A stretch of 63,795 nt of DNA, the filler included, from Octopus bimaculoides (taxonomy: Eukaryota), in NCBI RefSeq assembly GCF_001194135.2. It is 6 parts of 6 records of this genome, joined end to end, with 100 filler letters (N's around TTAATTAATTAA, not from the genome) between each part and the next. Parts side by side here need not be neighbours in the genome. Positions count along the whole stretch, not along the records: positions 15,109 to 38,332 come from NC_068985.1; 5 more parts are not named here. The stretch is one strand, 5' to 3'. The position numbers and the translations under genes are program-made. Of the stretch, positions 22,537 through 35,661 are shown piece after piece (the stretch's first letter is position 1; each line of letters opens with the position of its first letter). Below the pieces are notes generated by a model that was not told the origin of the DNA, made no database searches, and worked only from the letters and a program-made list of their open reading frames with translations.

Positions 22537-24494
22537 TTTTATTCGATGTGTTGGAAAAGCAGTATATCGAGGCGCAACGGTCCGATAGTTTACATAGGGA
22601 AAAGAAACGTCCCTTTCACGTGTTAAGAAATAGAGCTGAATGTTGTCTTCTGTTCATCTATTTTTCATGTGTGTAGGCAACTGTGTTACAGAATACAGCA
22701 AAAATTCGTTTACTAAAAATGGAGTTCATTTTTCATCATAATGTCAATAAGGATGGTGAGGTGTTACATGGCAGCCAGTTTGGCCAGGTATCACCTGAAC
22801 CACAGTATAACTGGCATAAGTCTAGTACAAATAAGAATATACCAGTGATCAGATGCAATATTTAGTATGAATGCAATACAATGCATGTATTCAAAGAGAA
22901 AAATATAACATTTCACACGATCTGTATGCTTACTCTATCTTGTGACTCAACTCGACGATCAAGGGTTCGCTGCCATTTAACATGGTTACCAGTTCAATAA
23001 CAATTTAATAATTCAGTTGAAGAAAGGTTCCAGAAGTAACGAGGAAAACTTGGATAAACACAGATGAGCTAAATAACTGGGATTTTAAATAGATTGTAGA
23101 ATCTATGTAAGAAACAATTAACCCTGTTATTGCGAAATGATTACAAATTCCATGCAGCGATTGACTAAGATTCCTTTTATTAGTTATTTACAATCAATCA
23201 AAATAACTTATGCCTTTTGTTATTAATAAATTTCTTCTTTTGTCAACTATAAATTATCAGAAATATCATGAAAAAGACAATTAATCCTTGTAAAATATAT
23301 TGCCATAACTAATGCATCTAAGGGAAATTACTCGTGTTAAACTGGTTTTTACTTATCTGTACTCAGCCTAACACAGACCTTGTCGAAATGCGTTGTAAGT
23401 GGGTATCGTGGCTGGTGTAATTTATCAATGTAACTAAAGGCAACTTGTTGTATAGCACTGAATTCAATTCTTTCCGCATGAAAAGACACTTTAATATTAA
23501 TTAGTGAAAAGGGAGAGCTTTCGCCAAGAATACTTCGTTGGAGAGTTAGAATGATGTTAAACGAATACCAATAACAGTTCATTAAAAGATATCCGTGTCA
23601 TTTTCAGTCTTCTATCATAATTCATTCGCATATAGAATATACTGTAGGAATATAATATCTACTGTTGACTGGTGCTATATTTTATCGATCCCGAAACAAT
23701 AAAGGCCAAGTTGATCTCGACAGAAATTAAACTGAAGACGAAATCCACCGTCTCATTCGTTTGACATTGCAGAAACTAGACATATACTTCTTCAAACATT
23801 TAAAAAACGAAAGTGGCGAGAGTAAGATACTCAGATGTAACGGATGTATTCGAGTGTGTATACCCTTCAGAGTTGAACATTTTCGTACTTGCACTGATGG
23901 CTATATTTAAAAAAAAGGTTTTTTAATTCCAAAAGTTAATTAAAAAAACACAGATTTAAGAACACAATCTTGTCAAATGCTGGTTTGTGGCAAATAAGTG
24001 GATATTTTATCTTTAATTTTAACAGCACTAACCGAGCTTATATAGTTACCTGAGCAACTGGATAAGCTCACTCGGTACGCTTTCAATGGATTTCTATAGT
24101 AAAGTTCTGTGTATGCTACACACTGTAACTTTAAAGTCTATGGAAATAACATTTAGTCGGGTAAATTAATTAACTGATTAAATTATAAACGAATTTAAGT
24201 CTAAATTAGATCCTGAAAGCAAGCGCATTGGTGAGATGAGAATAAGATTTTGCTGACATTTGACTTACTCGTATCCCCTGTTCACCCCCCTCTCTCTCTC
24301 TCTGTCTTTTCTTGTTGTTCACCGTTTTTTCTTTTTAAGTTTCACATTTTGATCTTCTAATTAGACCAACATACATGTTAATGGCTGGTACATAGATCAA
24401 TGCTATCACATCAGAAGCAGCAATGGACCATTCGAATCAGCTTACTATGAGTACATATAAGAATGGCAATGAAGAAAGAAACAGTGAAAGAGTC

Positions 24495-24887
24495 TGTGGG
24501 GAAGTGGTTATACACCATTAGGTGTACTCCACTTCCGTACATTAAATTTCTCGAAGAAACAACGGAACGCAGATTCTGAACTATCAACACAACAATATTT
24601 ATTACAATAAAAGTCGGCAGCACTTCGCCCTTTGGTTACTGAGACGCCGTCAATGATGCTGCGTGGTTATTTGTGTAGCTCCAGAGTTGGGTTGTTGGAG
24701 AGAGGCTGCTACGACGTCTAGGCCCTTCGTCGGCCAGGGTGAAAGAGAATGAAAAGAAGCGCGAAGCTTGGATGTCGATGACTACGCATGCGCATGAAAC
24801 TCTTCCTGTGTTCCTTCCGGAACTAGTCCCTGCGCATGCGTGGATACGCTTTCCGGTAATGTCGTCTGCTATTAAGGCGTCACCACA
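24495..24887 (-). mobile_element. Gypsy-type solo LTR (393 bp) with 4-bp TSD AGTC
   Basis: TGTGGGG...CACCACA termini; AGTC at 24491-24494 and 24888-24891; the empty site GAAAGAGTCTATAACC is present in copy 1 at about 20327-20342. Orientation inferred from AATAAA position. Confidence 0.9.
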
Positions 24888-24906
24888 AGTCTATAACCAT
24901 CAAAAT

Positions 24907-24977
24907 GGATCTTTCTGATTTGGCGGACACCATTTTTTATTTAGTTTTTATTTAGTTCCGCCAAATCAGAAAGATCC
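24907..24977. repeat. Perfect 21-bp inverted repeat with 29-nt loop (mini-MITE or transposon remnant)
   Basis: GGATCTTTCTGATTTGGCGGA (24907-24927) and TCCGCCAAATCAGAAAGATCC (24957-24977); absent from copy 1. Confidence 0.9.
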
Positions 24978-25909
24978 GTGTGTTCATAGACACAAGAAAA
25001 ATAATACTAGTTCGTAGTCAATAGTACACGGTAGTTGAAATACTGTATCAAGAAATCGCTGCCATGATGTTGAGCCGGTAACAGGTACATGTCGTACGTG
25101 AAGTCGTGGCAGTGATGCTGCTGCTTCGGTCATTTGATACAGGAGTACATGCAGGTTGTATATTCGTTGTAGATCCGCGGTGAAATAGTTTACGAACAGT
25201 GAACTGTTGGAACCTGGGTGAACTGCTTGTTGAGCTGTGTACGGAGAGAGATAATGTTGACGACGTTGAGAAGGACATGATGGTGGCGACGAAGACGGAG
25301 GTTGCCGTAATGCTGTTGGACGAAATTGGTAAGTCTCAACATAGCTACTATAGTGGTGGTGTCTGGCGTTGTCGCTGGAACTGGTTGTGTCTTCATAGTT
25401 TGTAGCTAAACCTTAAAAGGTCTGGAACCAAAGAAAAGCTGAGTTTTTATAAGGAGCTATAGACTCAAACGCGGTAGTAAACAGACGCGGTAGTAAACAG
25501 ACTGGTTATACGCGGCAATTTGGCGCAACAGAGTAGGAGACAAATTGCGCCAATATCAACCAGAGTAGTGGACACAACGGGATCCAAATAGCGGCTAATT
25601 GCTAGCTGTCCCCTGCTACGTTCGAATGCACCTATATATGATAAATGGGAGAGAGGAATTTCACCCGAGCCTACGCTACAAGGTCATACATATTACTTAC
25701 GTCTCTGGCCACAAGAACCAAAGTATACAATAGAGTATCACTGAATATGATGCAAAAGGACCCGGAGACATGACAGTCAGTTTTTAACGACACTGATCAT
25801 CAGGCTTCAAAAAGAAAAAAAGAAAAAAAAAGTCAGAAGAATCAGAAGAAAATTGCCTGTAGGCAAAAGAAAGTATTCTATTAAATAAAAGAACACCATA
25901 ATATTCTTG

Positions 25910-26195
25910 AGGCGCAGGCGTGTCTGTATGATAAGAAGCTTGCTTTCCAACCACATAGTTCTGTCGTACACATACAGATATATATATATATACATGTGTG
26001 TGTGTGTATGTGAGTATGTGTCTGTGTGTGTGTGCCTTTGTGTTTGTACCCACTACCACCACCGTGTGTTTACGCCCCCGTAACTTAGTGTTTTGGCAAA
26101 AAAAAAATGTACTGAGGTCGATTCATTCAACTAAAATTTTCTCAAAGCAGTGCCCCAGTAGGGCTGCAGTCTAATGAATAAAACAAGTAAAAGAT
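25910..26195 (+). mobile_element. Internally deleted SINE family A copy
   Basis: GAGGCGCAGGCG head, GTGTTTACGCCCCCGTAACTTAG middle, AAACAAGTAAAAGATAAAAG tail. Confidence 0.75.
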
Positions 26196-27809
26196 AAAAG
26201 AAATATGATTTTTATGGAAAAACGAGATCAGGGGAGTATACTAAAACCATTTTTTTTTTTGCATAAAGGTCGAGTAACTGATTGCATAATTCGTTTATTT
26301 GTGGCAAACAATTGATAACTTACTTCGAAGGAGAAAAATACGTAATGGTCGTAGTGTAACTGGAGAAAATAACTATATTACCTTTCACAACTCTCAAGAA
26401 GCTTTATCTCAATTGTTCTGGCAGACAAGTATTTTCCCATGACCACACACTGAGAACGCGTAGCTTAGTGTTTTGAGCATTGGCTCATGGTTGTTAGAAC
26501 TTGGGTCCGATTCTCAGGCTCGACGGTGCGTCATCAAGGCGTCTCACTGCACACTGCTTCTATCCACTCTCCAGAAATTAGTACCAGCTGCGGCAGCAGG
26601 AAATTAATTCAACAACGTTTAGGGGATAGTGGACTCTTGTATTCCCCGAAGCCTAAACGCCCTGAAAATCTAGATAATCTACGGCCTCATGAGCCTGTGG
26701 GATCGAGGCAAACTTTTATATTGTGTGCATGCGTTAAGTTCAATAAAAAATATATATACTTTTCATTATCCACTCACCACCACCACCACCATTACAGTTT
26801 TCAATAGCAAAGCTCAGTCTAAGTTGTTTGCCAACCAAGATTATTTTTATGTCATTTCAGTTCAGTTCATCTATTTGTTTGTATCTACTTTTCTTTCAGT
26901 CGATGTATCGATCTGGTCTGACAATTCAAAGTTCGAATAATGAATTTTAAAAAATGTTTTTTTTTTTTACTGCATCTTGCACTTGGCACTCCACAGTGCA
27001 GCAACCTTCTCCTTTGTTGAACCATGAAATCTTTGCCCGATCCAGTTTTCACTTACATAGTTAGGTAAGACCTAATTAATCTATAGTTGGGACCCCGACA
27101 GGCGCTACTACATCGGGTCAGAGTAGAGCTGGGAGCAATAAGGTCTAAAAAGTAGTTCCACACACCTCAAACTATGAAACTCTCGAACCAGGCCTCATGA
27201 CCGTTTGCAGTTTGTAGTCATACCGAAAACAAATTTCGCAATATAATGGGCAGAGATTAGCAGAATAAGTTGTTTTGGCGTATTTAGTTACATTTCTATG
27301 TTCTAATTTCAAATCTTCCCAGGATTAACGTTCCTTTCTATTCTATTAAGTTCTTTAAAATAAGTGCCCACAGAATATAAGGTGTGATTTAATCGATTAT
27401 TTTGCTCCTCCAAAACTGGTGGCCTTGTGTTAACATTAGAAATTAATATATCCCTGTGTGGTAGCATATATGATAGGGTGCCAGAATAAAAGCCTTTCTT
27501 GGTTCAGATCGATTCTTCTATGTCCAAAATAAGCAACACTAATTTTTGACATTTCCTCCTCCAAATAGATAAAATAAATATTATAATGAAATCGATTCAG
27601 TTGATAATATTCATTACCAATGAAATTAACCCTGTGCATATATAAAAATGAGAATTATATTAGAATGATACCCCATTACCTTATGTAGATATTCATGAAG
27701 TTCTGAAGATGCTTCGACACAAGAGTTTTGTTCCTTAAAGAATACAGTGAGTTGGGCATTCAATATTTAATCCTCTCCACCACGTCAATCTCACACTGTA
27801 TAGTAAATA

Positions 27810-28800
27810 GTTTTTCTATTTATAGACAAGGCAAAATTTTGGAAGAGTACAGTCGATGGGATTTTTTATGTGCTGGTCTGGAAGAAGAGGTTGAGCCAAG
27901 GCTTTTGCAAGGCTTCCTTGTCCATGTTTATCCTGGAGCTGTACACTTGCAGTTGTTCAAGAACATCAATCGCGTTCTGAGCAGGAAAGACTTGATTCAG
28001 TGGTTAGAGCAAGATCAAAATAAAGGTGAAGAGTAGGGAAGAGGAAAGTGGGTCGTTTGGACCTGTGTAGAGGTGACACAAAACCAGACAACTCGGAGGT
28101 GGAAAAAAACTATTTCATAAACAACAGCAGATATGATAAAGCGAAAAGACTGCACATCCGTGCATCAGAGGTCGGGATGTGTTGGTGAGCAACCACATGA
28201 CAATCAATCAGAGGTGACAGTGCTGTTTTGATGTAGCCAACAACATCTCTTTATACAGAGTATTAACACTGTCCCATACGTAGATAGTATTCCATTACAG
28301 GATTGAGTCTGAGTTTTATAGAGTGTTAGTATGTACTGAGAGCAAAAGGATTTTCTGGCCACGAAGAGGAGAGTCAGTTTTGTGATTCAGCCTTCGCTAC
28401 ACCGAGACTGTGATATACTACGAGATCCTTTGTAATAGTGAGACCTAACAGTTGTGCAAGCTTTATAGGAGTGCAGGCTGAATGTTGTTCATGTGCAAGG
28501 GGGTATGATATTGTTTACGTAATACGTGTAGCGATTGTGTATTTGCGCTGTTGAAGAAGTCAAGATTGACATGGCTCCACTGGAAAGTATTTCTGAAGTC
28601 TCTATTTAATAAGTTAGTACATGTTTGGTGTGAGATGTGTAGGTTGGACTCCAGATTACTCATTTTGTTGATGGAATTTAAATTCAGAATGTGAAAAGAG
28701 AAAAAAATATATATGCGATCTCTGCAAACCCAGCGCCTTTTATAATGCATATCAACCGCCAGCAATTCGTTTGAGGAAATGGATTTAGAAGGCAACAAGC
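27810..28800 (-). mobile_element. Highly degenerate LINE reverse-transcriptase remnant (L1/Tx1-like)
   Basis: Minus frames give TGPNDPLSSSLLFTFIL (resembles GxRQGDPLSPLLF) and NAIDVLEQLQVYSSRINMDKEAL (resembles SGLKINxDK) in the expected order, with stops and frameshifts. Confidence 0.5.
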
Positions 28801-31800
28801 AAGCTCTCCTGAATATCCATTATAGCGTGTTTACAAACTGTATCTTTGGATCATTTCCAAATATCTTCCTAGCTATGCTAGCAGAACAGATGCTGGAAGA
28901 GAAAACAACAACTTAACGTAAACTTCAGTTAACGCGCCAATATCAGCAGAAGCTTAGTTAAATATTCTTAGTATCTTTGTAACATTTAATCCCAGGATTT
29001 ATGTAGTAGCAATCTAATTATAACTAGTATATTATAATTTATATTCATAATAATAGCAGAATTAACTTCGACGTATTTTGTCAGAATCTACAACTAAAAC
29101 AGCAAGTGTTGTAAGCAAACTTTTACAAGATGAATCTACTAGATGAGTTCGATTCCCAAATGTAATCATTTATTTTCACTGGTGTTGTTGAAATATCCTT
29201 TAATACCTCCTACTAAATTTTGACATCTACTTTTCAACAACGTGTTATATTTTCTTTAATGACATATTTTTTTTTTTTTAAAGTAAGTCTGAAAAATAAA
29301 AACAAGGTATCATACATCAGTATATCAAGGGCTGGCAAAAATAACAAGAAGCAATGTCACAATTCCATTCACATCTAGAATGCATTATAAGAATATAAAC
29401 AGCCCTCATACTTTACTGATATCAAATTTTATCGACTCTAGTGGGATCTGAACTTAAAACATAAAAGGCCGAAACCGAAAACCACTACTTTTTCATTGGT
29501 AAAAATTACTTCAAGGGCTCCAGTTCAAACTTGGATGCCTAGGCCCTTTCTCGGTCCAAAAGATGACATTTGTGCTTAGTTTTGTTGATCATGGAATCAC
29601 TTGAGAAAGAAGTCGCCTTAAGGATTCACAGTAGATTTTCTGTTGAGCCTTTTCAAAGAAACACAGCTTTTCGTTGGGTTGTCATGTACCCTATCGACCT
29701 GGGTTTCAGCTGCCTGCTCACAATTAGTTAATCAGAAAATAGATACTTTCAGCTGCAAGTGAAAGAAAATATTTCATCTGTATCTTTTGATGAGGTGAAA
29801 CATGAGACACAAACTAAAAATAACTTGCATAACAAGTAGTAAGATGCTTTCGAAGTAAGTCTCGCTCGTCGGTGCACGAACAGAACACATTAAGAAAAGT
29901 TAATTATCAGCTAGTGTTACAGCAGTGACCTCAGAAGGTGAAAGTCAAAATGAAGGGGAAATAACTCTAAAACGGCGCTAATTTCTACCTCCTTCCCTTC
30001 TTTTGGTTCAGAGCCATTTAGTCCAAACCTGCACTTCCCCCTTCCAGAGACGGTGTTTTGTAGTTAGTTGTCTCTAGAAATCAGATGAAAGATTCTTAGA
30101 TTAGCGCGAAAACGATCTAAATTTCAATTGTTGGGTTTAGCTTAGTTTTTTTCTTTCTATATTCACTATAACTTAAACCAAAATGTCACATCAAACTGGA
30201 ATAACAGGTTAGTGTTTTCTTTATTTGTACCGATCTTTCTGTGTTTCTGTGTACCTGGACACTTGTTTTCTTTCTTTCCCTTTTTAAAACAAGCTGCTTG
30301 TATATATTTTCGAATTTTTCCGTAGAAAATAAGTTACAAAAACCATTTTCATTTATATGTCTTAATTTATATACTTGATTTACTGTAATGTTTATTAACA
30401 AAAAGTACCGACTTCATGTATTACATTTATTTCATGTTGTTTACGCCCACCGAAGTGCACTCTTATATTTATCTAAGGAAATAACTACTGCTTATCTTGC
30501 TTGATGTAACCACCAAATATCCTCCTGTTATAGATATATATATATATATATATTATATATATGAAAGGAATGAGAAGTTGGACAGTGTAGTCTTTTGTAT
30601 ACAAACTGACTGGATGGTCACGACTGGAACGCCTTTGTTTCACGTTTGCGTGTTCCGAACTATCTAGTCATCTACAGCTGTGTATCACTATTTAACACAG
30701 CTAATTTGCTTCCCGTAATTACCAAACCAAGCATGTGATACTTTCTCTTTTTATTCATACATCCTGTTTGACTGATACTTCTCTTACAGAGACGTCTACT
30801 TTGACAGCCGTGTGTACTTATAGATAACGCCTACAATCCGGGGGTCTCACTTTTTTTTAACTCCAGAAACATGTTGACGTGTAGATAGTAGTGAAAGATT
30901 CCGATCAAAACTTCAGATATTTTCTTCTCAAGCTAGCACGTAGCTAATTTTTGTTAAATTCATTGTTTAAATTTTAGTTGTTTCTGATTGAACATGACTC
31001 TGATCAAAGGCGTTCCAGCTATGCCTATCCCTAAATTTTGTGCATCAGAAAATACAAGTGTCCAGCACATCGTTAAGACGTTAGGGTATGGTTTGAGTAA
31101 TATTTTGTTGCTAGTCTTTAGTAGGTCGAACTACCGCAGAGGCGTCGATACTTGTCGACAATTCAAGCATGTAAATAAATATGTAATTTAAATATTTATT
31201 AGGAATGTTGTAGGTTCGAATCTTTAATAACATCCCCATAAACAATTTGGTGGGGATCGTATAATATGTATACATATATAAATATATTTACACACACACA
31301 CAAACCATTTGTGATCATATATATATATATATATAAATACACACACACACATGCGTTTAGAGGCTTTAGATATAAAGTTTTATTAGTATATATGATATAT
31401 AAATTTAGATTAGCTTTACTAGAAGCAATCGCTCCAGTTGCTAGAAATAGCAGGCAAAATTTCCTCAAATCACACCATACCATCTTTTAAAAACTGGAAA
31501 GATATATTGGATAATATAATCCTATATGCATTGTCCGAATGAATGGGTGGTTGATAATGGTCGAAATTTCTTGATCACAGGTCTATTTGATCAAGGCTGA
31601 CCTCGGGCTAAGCAGCAATTACTTTATCATTTTGTGTTTTAAACATATCGCTTGCTATGAATTCAATGAACGAATTATTGATCCTCCCACTCTTTACCTA
31701 ACAACGAATTTTATATTTATAAGTGTTAACATATGATTGTATGACAGTTATTGGTCAGTTATGAACGTCACCTATGTATTTTTCACATTTAAGCCTGATG

Positions 31801-32954
31801 CTTTCTAACGTTGACATAAAACATGTCACTTTCGGAAGTGTTGTGTCAAGTTGTGTGAAGTTCACACTTACCTTTCTCTGTCATTTGTCAGAGGCAAAAC
31901 GGATTCACTTATGGCTCAAAACCGTGTTCAGAATCGGTTCGACTCATTTTTAATTATAGTCCTATGATCCTTACCATCTCATAAATGACATCTTTTGAAT
32001 AGATGATATCTTAATGGTAATATTCTCAAAAACATGAAATAACCAAATGGGCGTGCCGTGGACTGCCAGATCATGATTCATAAGTTCAATACCACTGTGG
32101 ATATTCACTTTTTGTCTCTGAACATGGCACTTTATTCTACTTGCCTCAGTTTGCCTGTCTAGTATAAACGTAGTTTTCAAGCAATTCACGGTTAGTTGTT
32201 ATAGATTGGCATCTTATTGGGTAAAAGAATTAGACAGTGGTTCCATAGACTCCTGAGCTTCGTCAAGGGTTTATGTTTTTTTTTTGTTTTTTGTTTTTTT
32301 TCCATTTTTATTTTTATGCAATTTTGCCAACCCTGAAATTTTGGCGAAATTTGAATTCAAAGCTGAATGAAACGAAATTAAATTATGCCACATTCCGATC
32401 GGTAATAAATAACTTCTCTGTGAAACTATTTCGGAAATAGGTGGTGCGTGGACTAGAAATAACACAAGGAAACTTTTGTTTGAGATTGTATTAAAGGAGT
32501 GTGTGTTTGGTCATTTCTTTATTGCTGTTATCAAAATAGACCGGAATATATCATTTGTAACAGAATTTTAGTGAGGATGACATGAAACTAGGAAATAGGA
32601 TTAAGCTTATTAAATAATTCTAGTTATTTCCTAATGTTAATTGCAATGAAAACGCATAATCAGTTGCCGAGTTTTACTGACGACGTACAGACGTGATAAC
32701 ATTTACGTAAACCGCTCCACCAATCTCTTAAGATTCGTTTTTTTTTTTTATCCGATCTTGTTTACACCTGTTTATCTGTGTATGTTGTATATATATCTTT
32801 TCAAAATACTGCTCTACACACGCTTAAACACACCCACGCGTACATATATGAGAAAGAGAGATGGAGAGAGATTAATCTATATTCCTTTGTCTTTTTTTTC
32901 TGTTGCTTCTATATGGAATAGTAATATATATATATATATATATATATGGTATTC

Positions 32955-32985
<31 letters not shown>

Positions 32986-34218
32986 AAAGAGCTTGTCGTC
33001 AGCTATACAAATATGATAGGGAAGTGTCATCTACTTCATACTATTTTTAACTGGGGCGTTGTAAATTTTGTGATCGACAATTAGAAAAGTTGTTTTAATT
33101 TTTTTTTTTACTTTTATCGTGTGAATCGAGTTTTTATTATATAGTGAGAAGTCTTGATTAACTCAAAACAAATGAAAACTCTGTAAAACTAAAGTTTCAC
33201 AGAAATGTTTTGTAATTCACGTTGTTAATCATCCCAACCCTAATTATGCAAACTGAAGTTCAAAGTATTCTAGTATTTTAGTTAGGCAGAGTTGTGTATT
33301 TGCGGACTATACTTTCAAATTGTGCTGATGTTTGATGAAGATTTGGCTGTTATTTATATCAGGTAGACAACCAGTGGTGTAGTTTGTGTTGGGCCTGGTT
33401 TAATAATGTCACCACCCGGATACGTATATTCGCCCTTTCCTAAATCAGAATCAAATTGTTTGGTCAGCAGTCTTTTTTTATAGTACCATGAATGGACTAC
33501 AGCTGTTCATTAATGCAGGTCTGGGAAAGCCTTTTAACCGATTTTTATATGTCGCTTGCACTTTCTAACAACCTCTTCCAGTGGGGGAAATGGTGTGTAT
33601 TAATGTTCAGAAGCTGATTGTTTCAAATAGGATAAGCTAAGCTTTCAGTAATACCAAAAATGTTATCGTCATAGGATAAGGGAAGGTGGGAGTAATCGTC
33701 GGGTTACACATGAAGAAACATAGAAGAATGGAATTCACTGCTTGTCTGTAATAGTGTAATAAGTGCACTAGATATTGGTGTGCCTTCTTTTTATATATAC
33801 CTATTAGAGAAGATATATATACCCAATATTAATTCATATATATTTGTAAAAACAACTATCAACTTCTTGAAATTGAAGTTCACCTCTCTTGTATGTTAAC
33901 TGTTTCTCAGTGGAACATTGATATTTTAACAATATTGTTTGTGTGTATTGTTTACAATACATACAAAGTGCACTAATTAATTTATGTATAATTGATTTAA
34001 TTCAACTGAATAACTCTTTCAATTCCCTGAAATGACACAGAACTTGTGTCAGAAGATCCGGTCATATTTCAGACTATGTTAGGACAACTAAATACAGAAA
34101 GTAAGGCAGGATGATTAAGGATGAATATTAAAGAGAAAAAAAAAACAAAAAACAAAAAAAAAAAAAACCGAAAGAATTTATCAAAATTCCAGATATTAAT
34201 AATACATAGTAATATCAC

Positions 34219-34367
34219 AGGTGCAGGCATGGCTGTGTGCTAAGAAGCTTGCTTCTCAACCACATGGTCCCAGGTTCAATTCCACTGCGCAGGACCTTGG
34301 GCAAGTGTCTTCTATAGCCTTGGAGCATTTGAGTGGATTTGGTAGACAGAAACTGAAGGAAGCCAGT

Positions 34368-34409
<42 letters not shown>

Positions 34410-34640
34410 CATATCTACATGTGTGTATCTTTGTGTTAGTTCCCCCATCACTGCTTGACAACTGGTGTTGTTGTGTTTACATCTCCATAATGTAGCAGTT
34501 TGGTAGAAAAAAAAAAGACCGATAGAATAAGTATTCAGCTTAAAAAAAAGTCCTGGAGTTGATTTAACCCTAACCCTAACCCCTAACCCTTTAAGGTGGT
34601 GCTCCAGCATGGCCACAGTCAAATGACTGAAACAAGTGTA
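34219..34640 (+). mobile_element. SINE family A, near full length
   Basis: AGGTGCAGGCATGGCTGTGTG head to GGTGCTCCAGCATGGCCACAGTCAAATGACTGAAACAAG tail. Confidence 0.85.
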
Positions 34641-35340
34641 AGAATTCCTTCAAGTAGTAAACAGCTATATCATCCTTGGCACTCTTATAATAATAGTCAG
34701 GTAAAGAAAAGAAAATCCATTAATGAATTACCTCGGATTGGTAGGTCTTTGCTGGATCAAGTTCCATTGTTAAAAGCAAATTACCCTTAAACATGGAATC
34801 TAACAAAACACTAATAAGTAAACCAAGAAAAACACAGTAGGTTCACGAAAACATTATGTACGGAATATGTGGTAGAACCATAAAATAATGGAACAGATCC
34901 AAGAACAAATAAAATTAAATGACACTGTAGTTGGTCTGGATATGTCCAAAGGAGGAGTGACATGATGTAGATATTATCTGAAGCCTTGTCAAGTATCCCA
35001 TGTACACTTAACTAATATACATGGTATAAAAGTAATTTAAAACTGAACCATGTGGATGTATGACAGCTGAGTGTTGAATTATTATGTTCTTATGTCATCA
35101 TTATCATTTTATGTGTTTTTCCATGTTGTCATGGGTTAAATGTGTCTGCAATAAATAAATTGCCATTTACAGGCCCTTGTCCTATCCCTTATCGAGTTTG
35201 ATTTCAGCACTCCTCTACATGTCTTCCTCAGACTTTCTCTACTGAAAGCACCTTCCCATTTTGCCTTTTGACTCTTTTTCATCCTTCATATGCAACACTT
35301 GTAGATTGACATGTACTGGTACAGATCTGTAGGCAAGATC

Positions 35341-35661
35341 TGCACCACTCAAACTGATTCCTCTGTTACCCATTTTCCTTCTCTTGCACACTCAAACTGA
35401 TTCCTCTGTTACCCATTTTCCTTCTCTTGCACACTCAAACTGATTCCTCTGATAACCATTTTCCTTCTCTTGCACACTCAAACTGATTCCTCTGATACCC
35501 ATTTTCCTTCTCTTGCACACTCAAACTGATTCCTCTGTNNNNNNNNNNCTTGCACACTCAAACTGATTCCTCTGATACCCATTTTCCTTCTCTTGCACAC
35601 TCAAACTGATTCCTCTGATACCCATTTTCCTTCTCTTGCACACTCAAACTGATTCCTCTGT
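35341..35661. repeat. 43-bp minisatellite, at least 7 units, with an internal gap
   Basis: Unit CTCAAACTGATTCCTCTG(T/A)TACCCATTTTCCTTCTCTTGCACA starting at 35348, 35391, 35434, 35477, 35520, 35557, 35600, 35643. Confidence 0.95.

Larger units (their letters stand above)
24453..25680 (-). mobile_element. Long LTR-like unit, copy 2 (left-truncated, with two insertions)
   Basis: Minus strand starts TGTAGCGTAGGC at 25680; homology with copy 1 continues across the insertions at 24495-24887 and 24907-24977. Confidence 0.65.

Noticed and set aside
29490-29970. Coding-looking purine-rich stretch
   Set aside because: The frames I translated on each strand contain multiple stops and no motif I recognise; possibly an old TE remnant.
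31872-31980. Perfect minus-strand donor AAG|GTAAGT after ATG ACA GAG AAA G, plus a second donor near 31970
   Set aside because: No matching downstream exon was found, and the context resembles repeat-derived sequence.
34563-34590. (CCCTAA)n telomere-like repeats (also GGGTTAGGG at about 19776)
   Set aside because: Only 3-4 units, expanded from an AACCCT seed inside a SINE tail; no evidence of a chromosome fusion or telomere.
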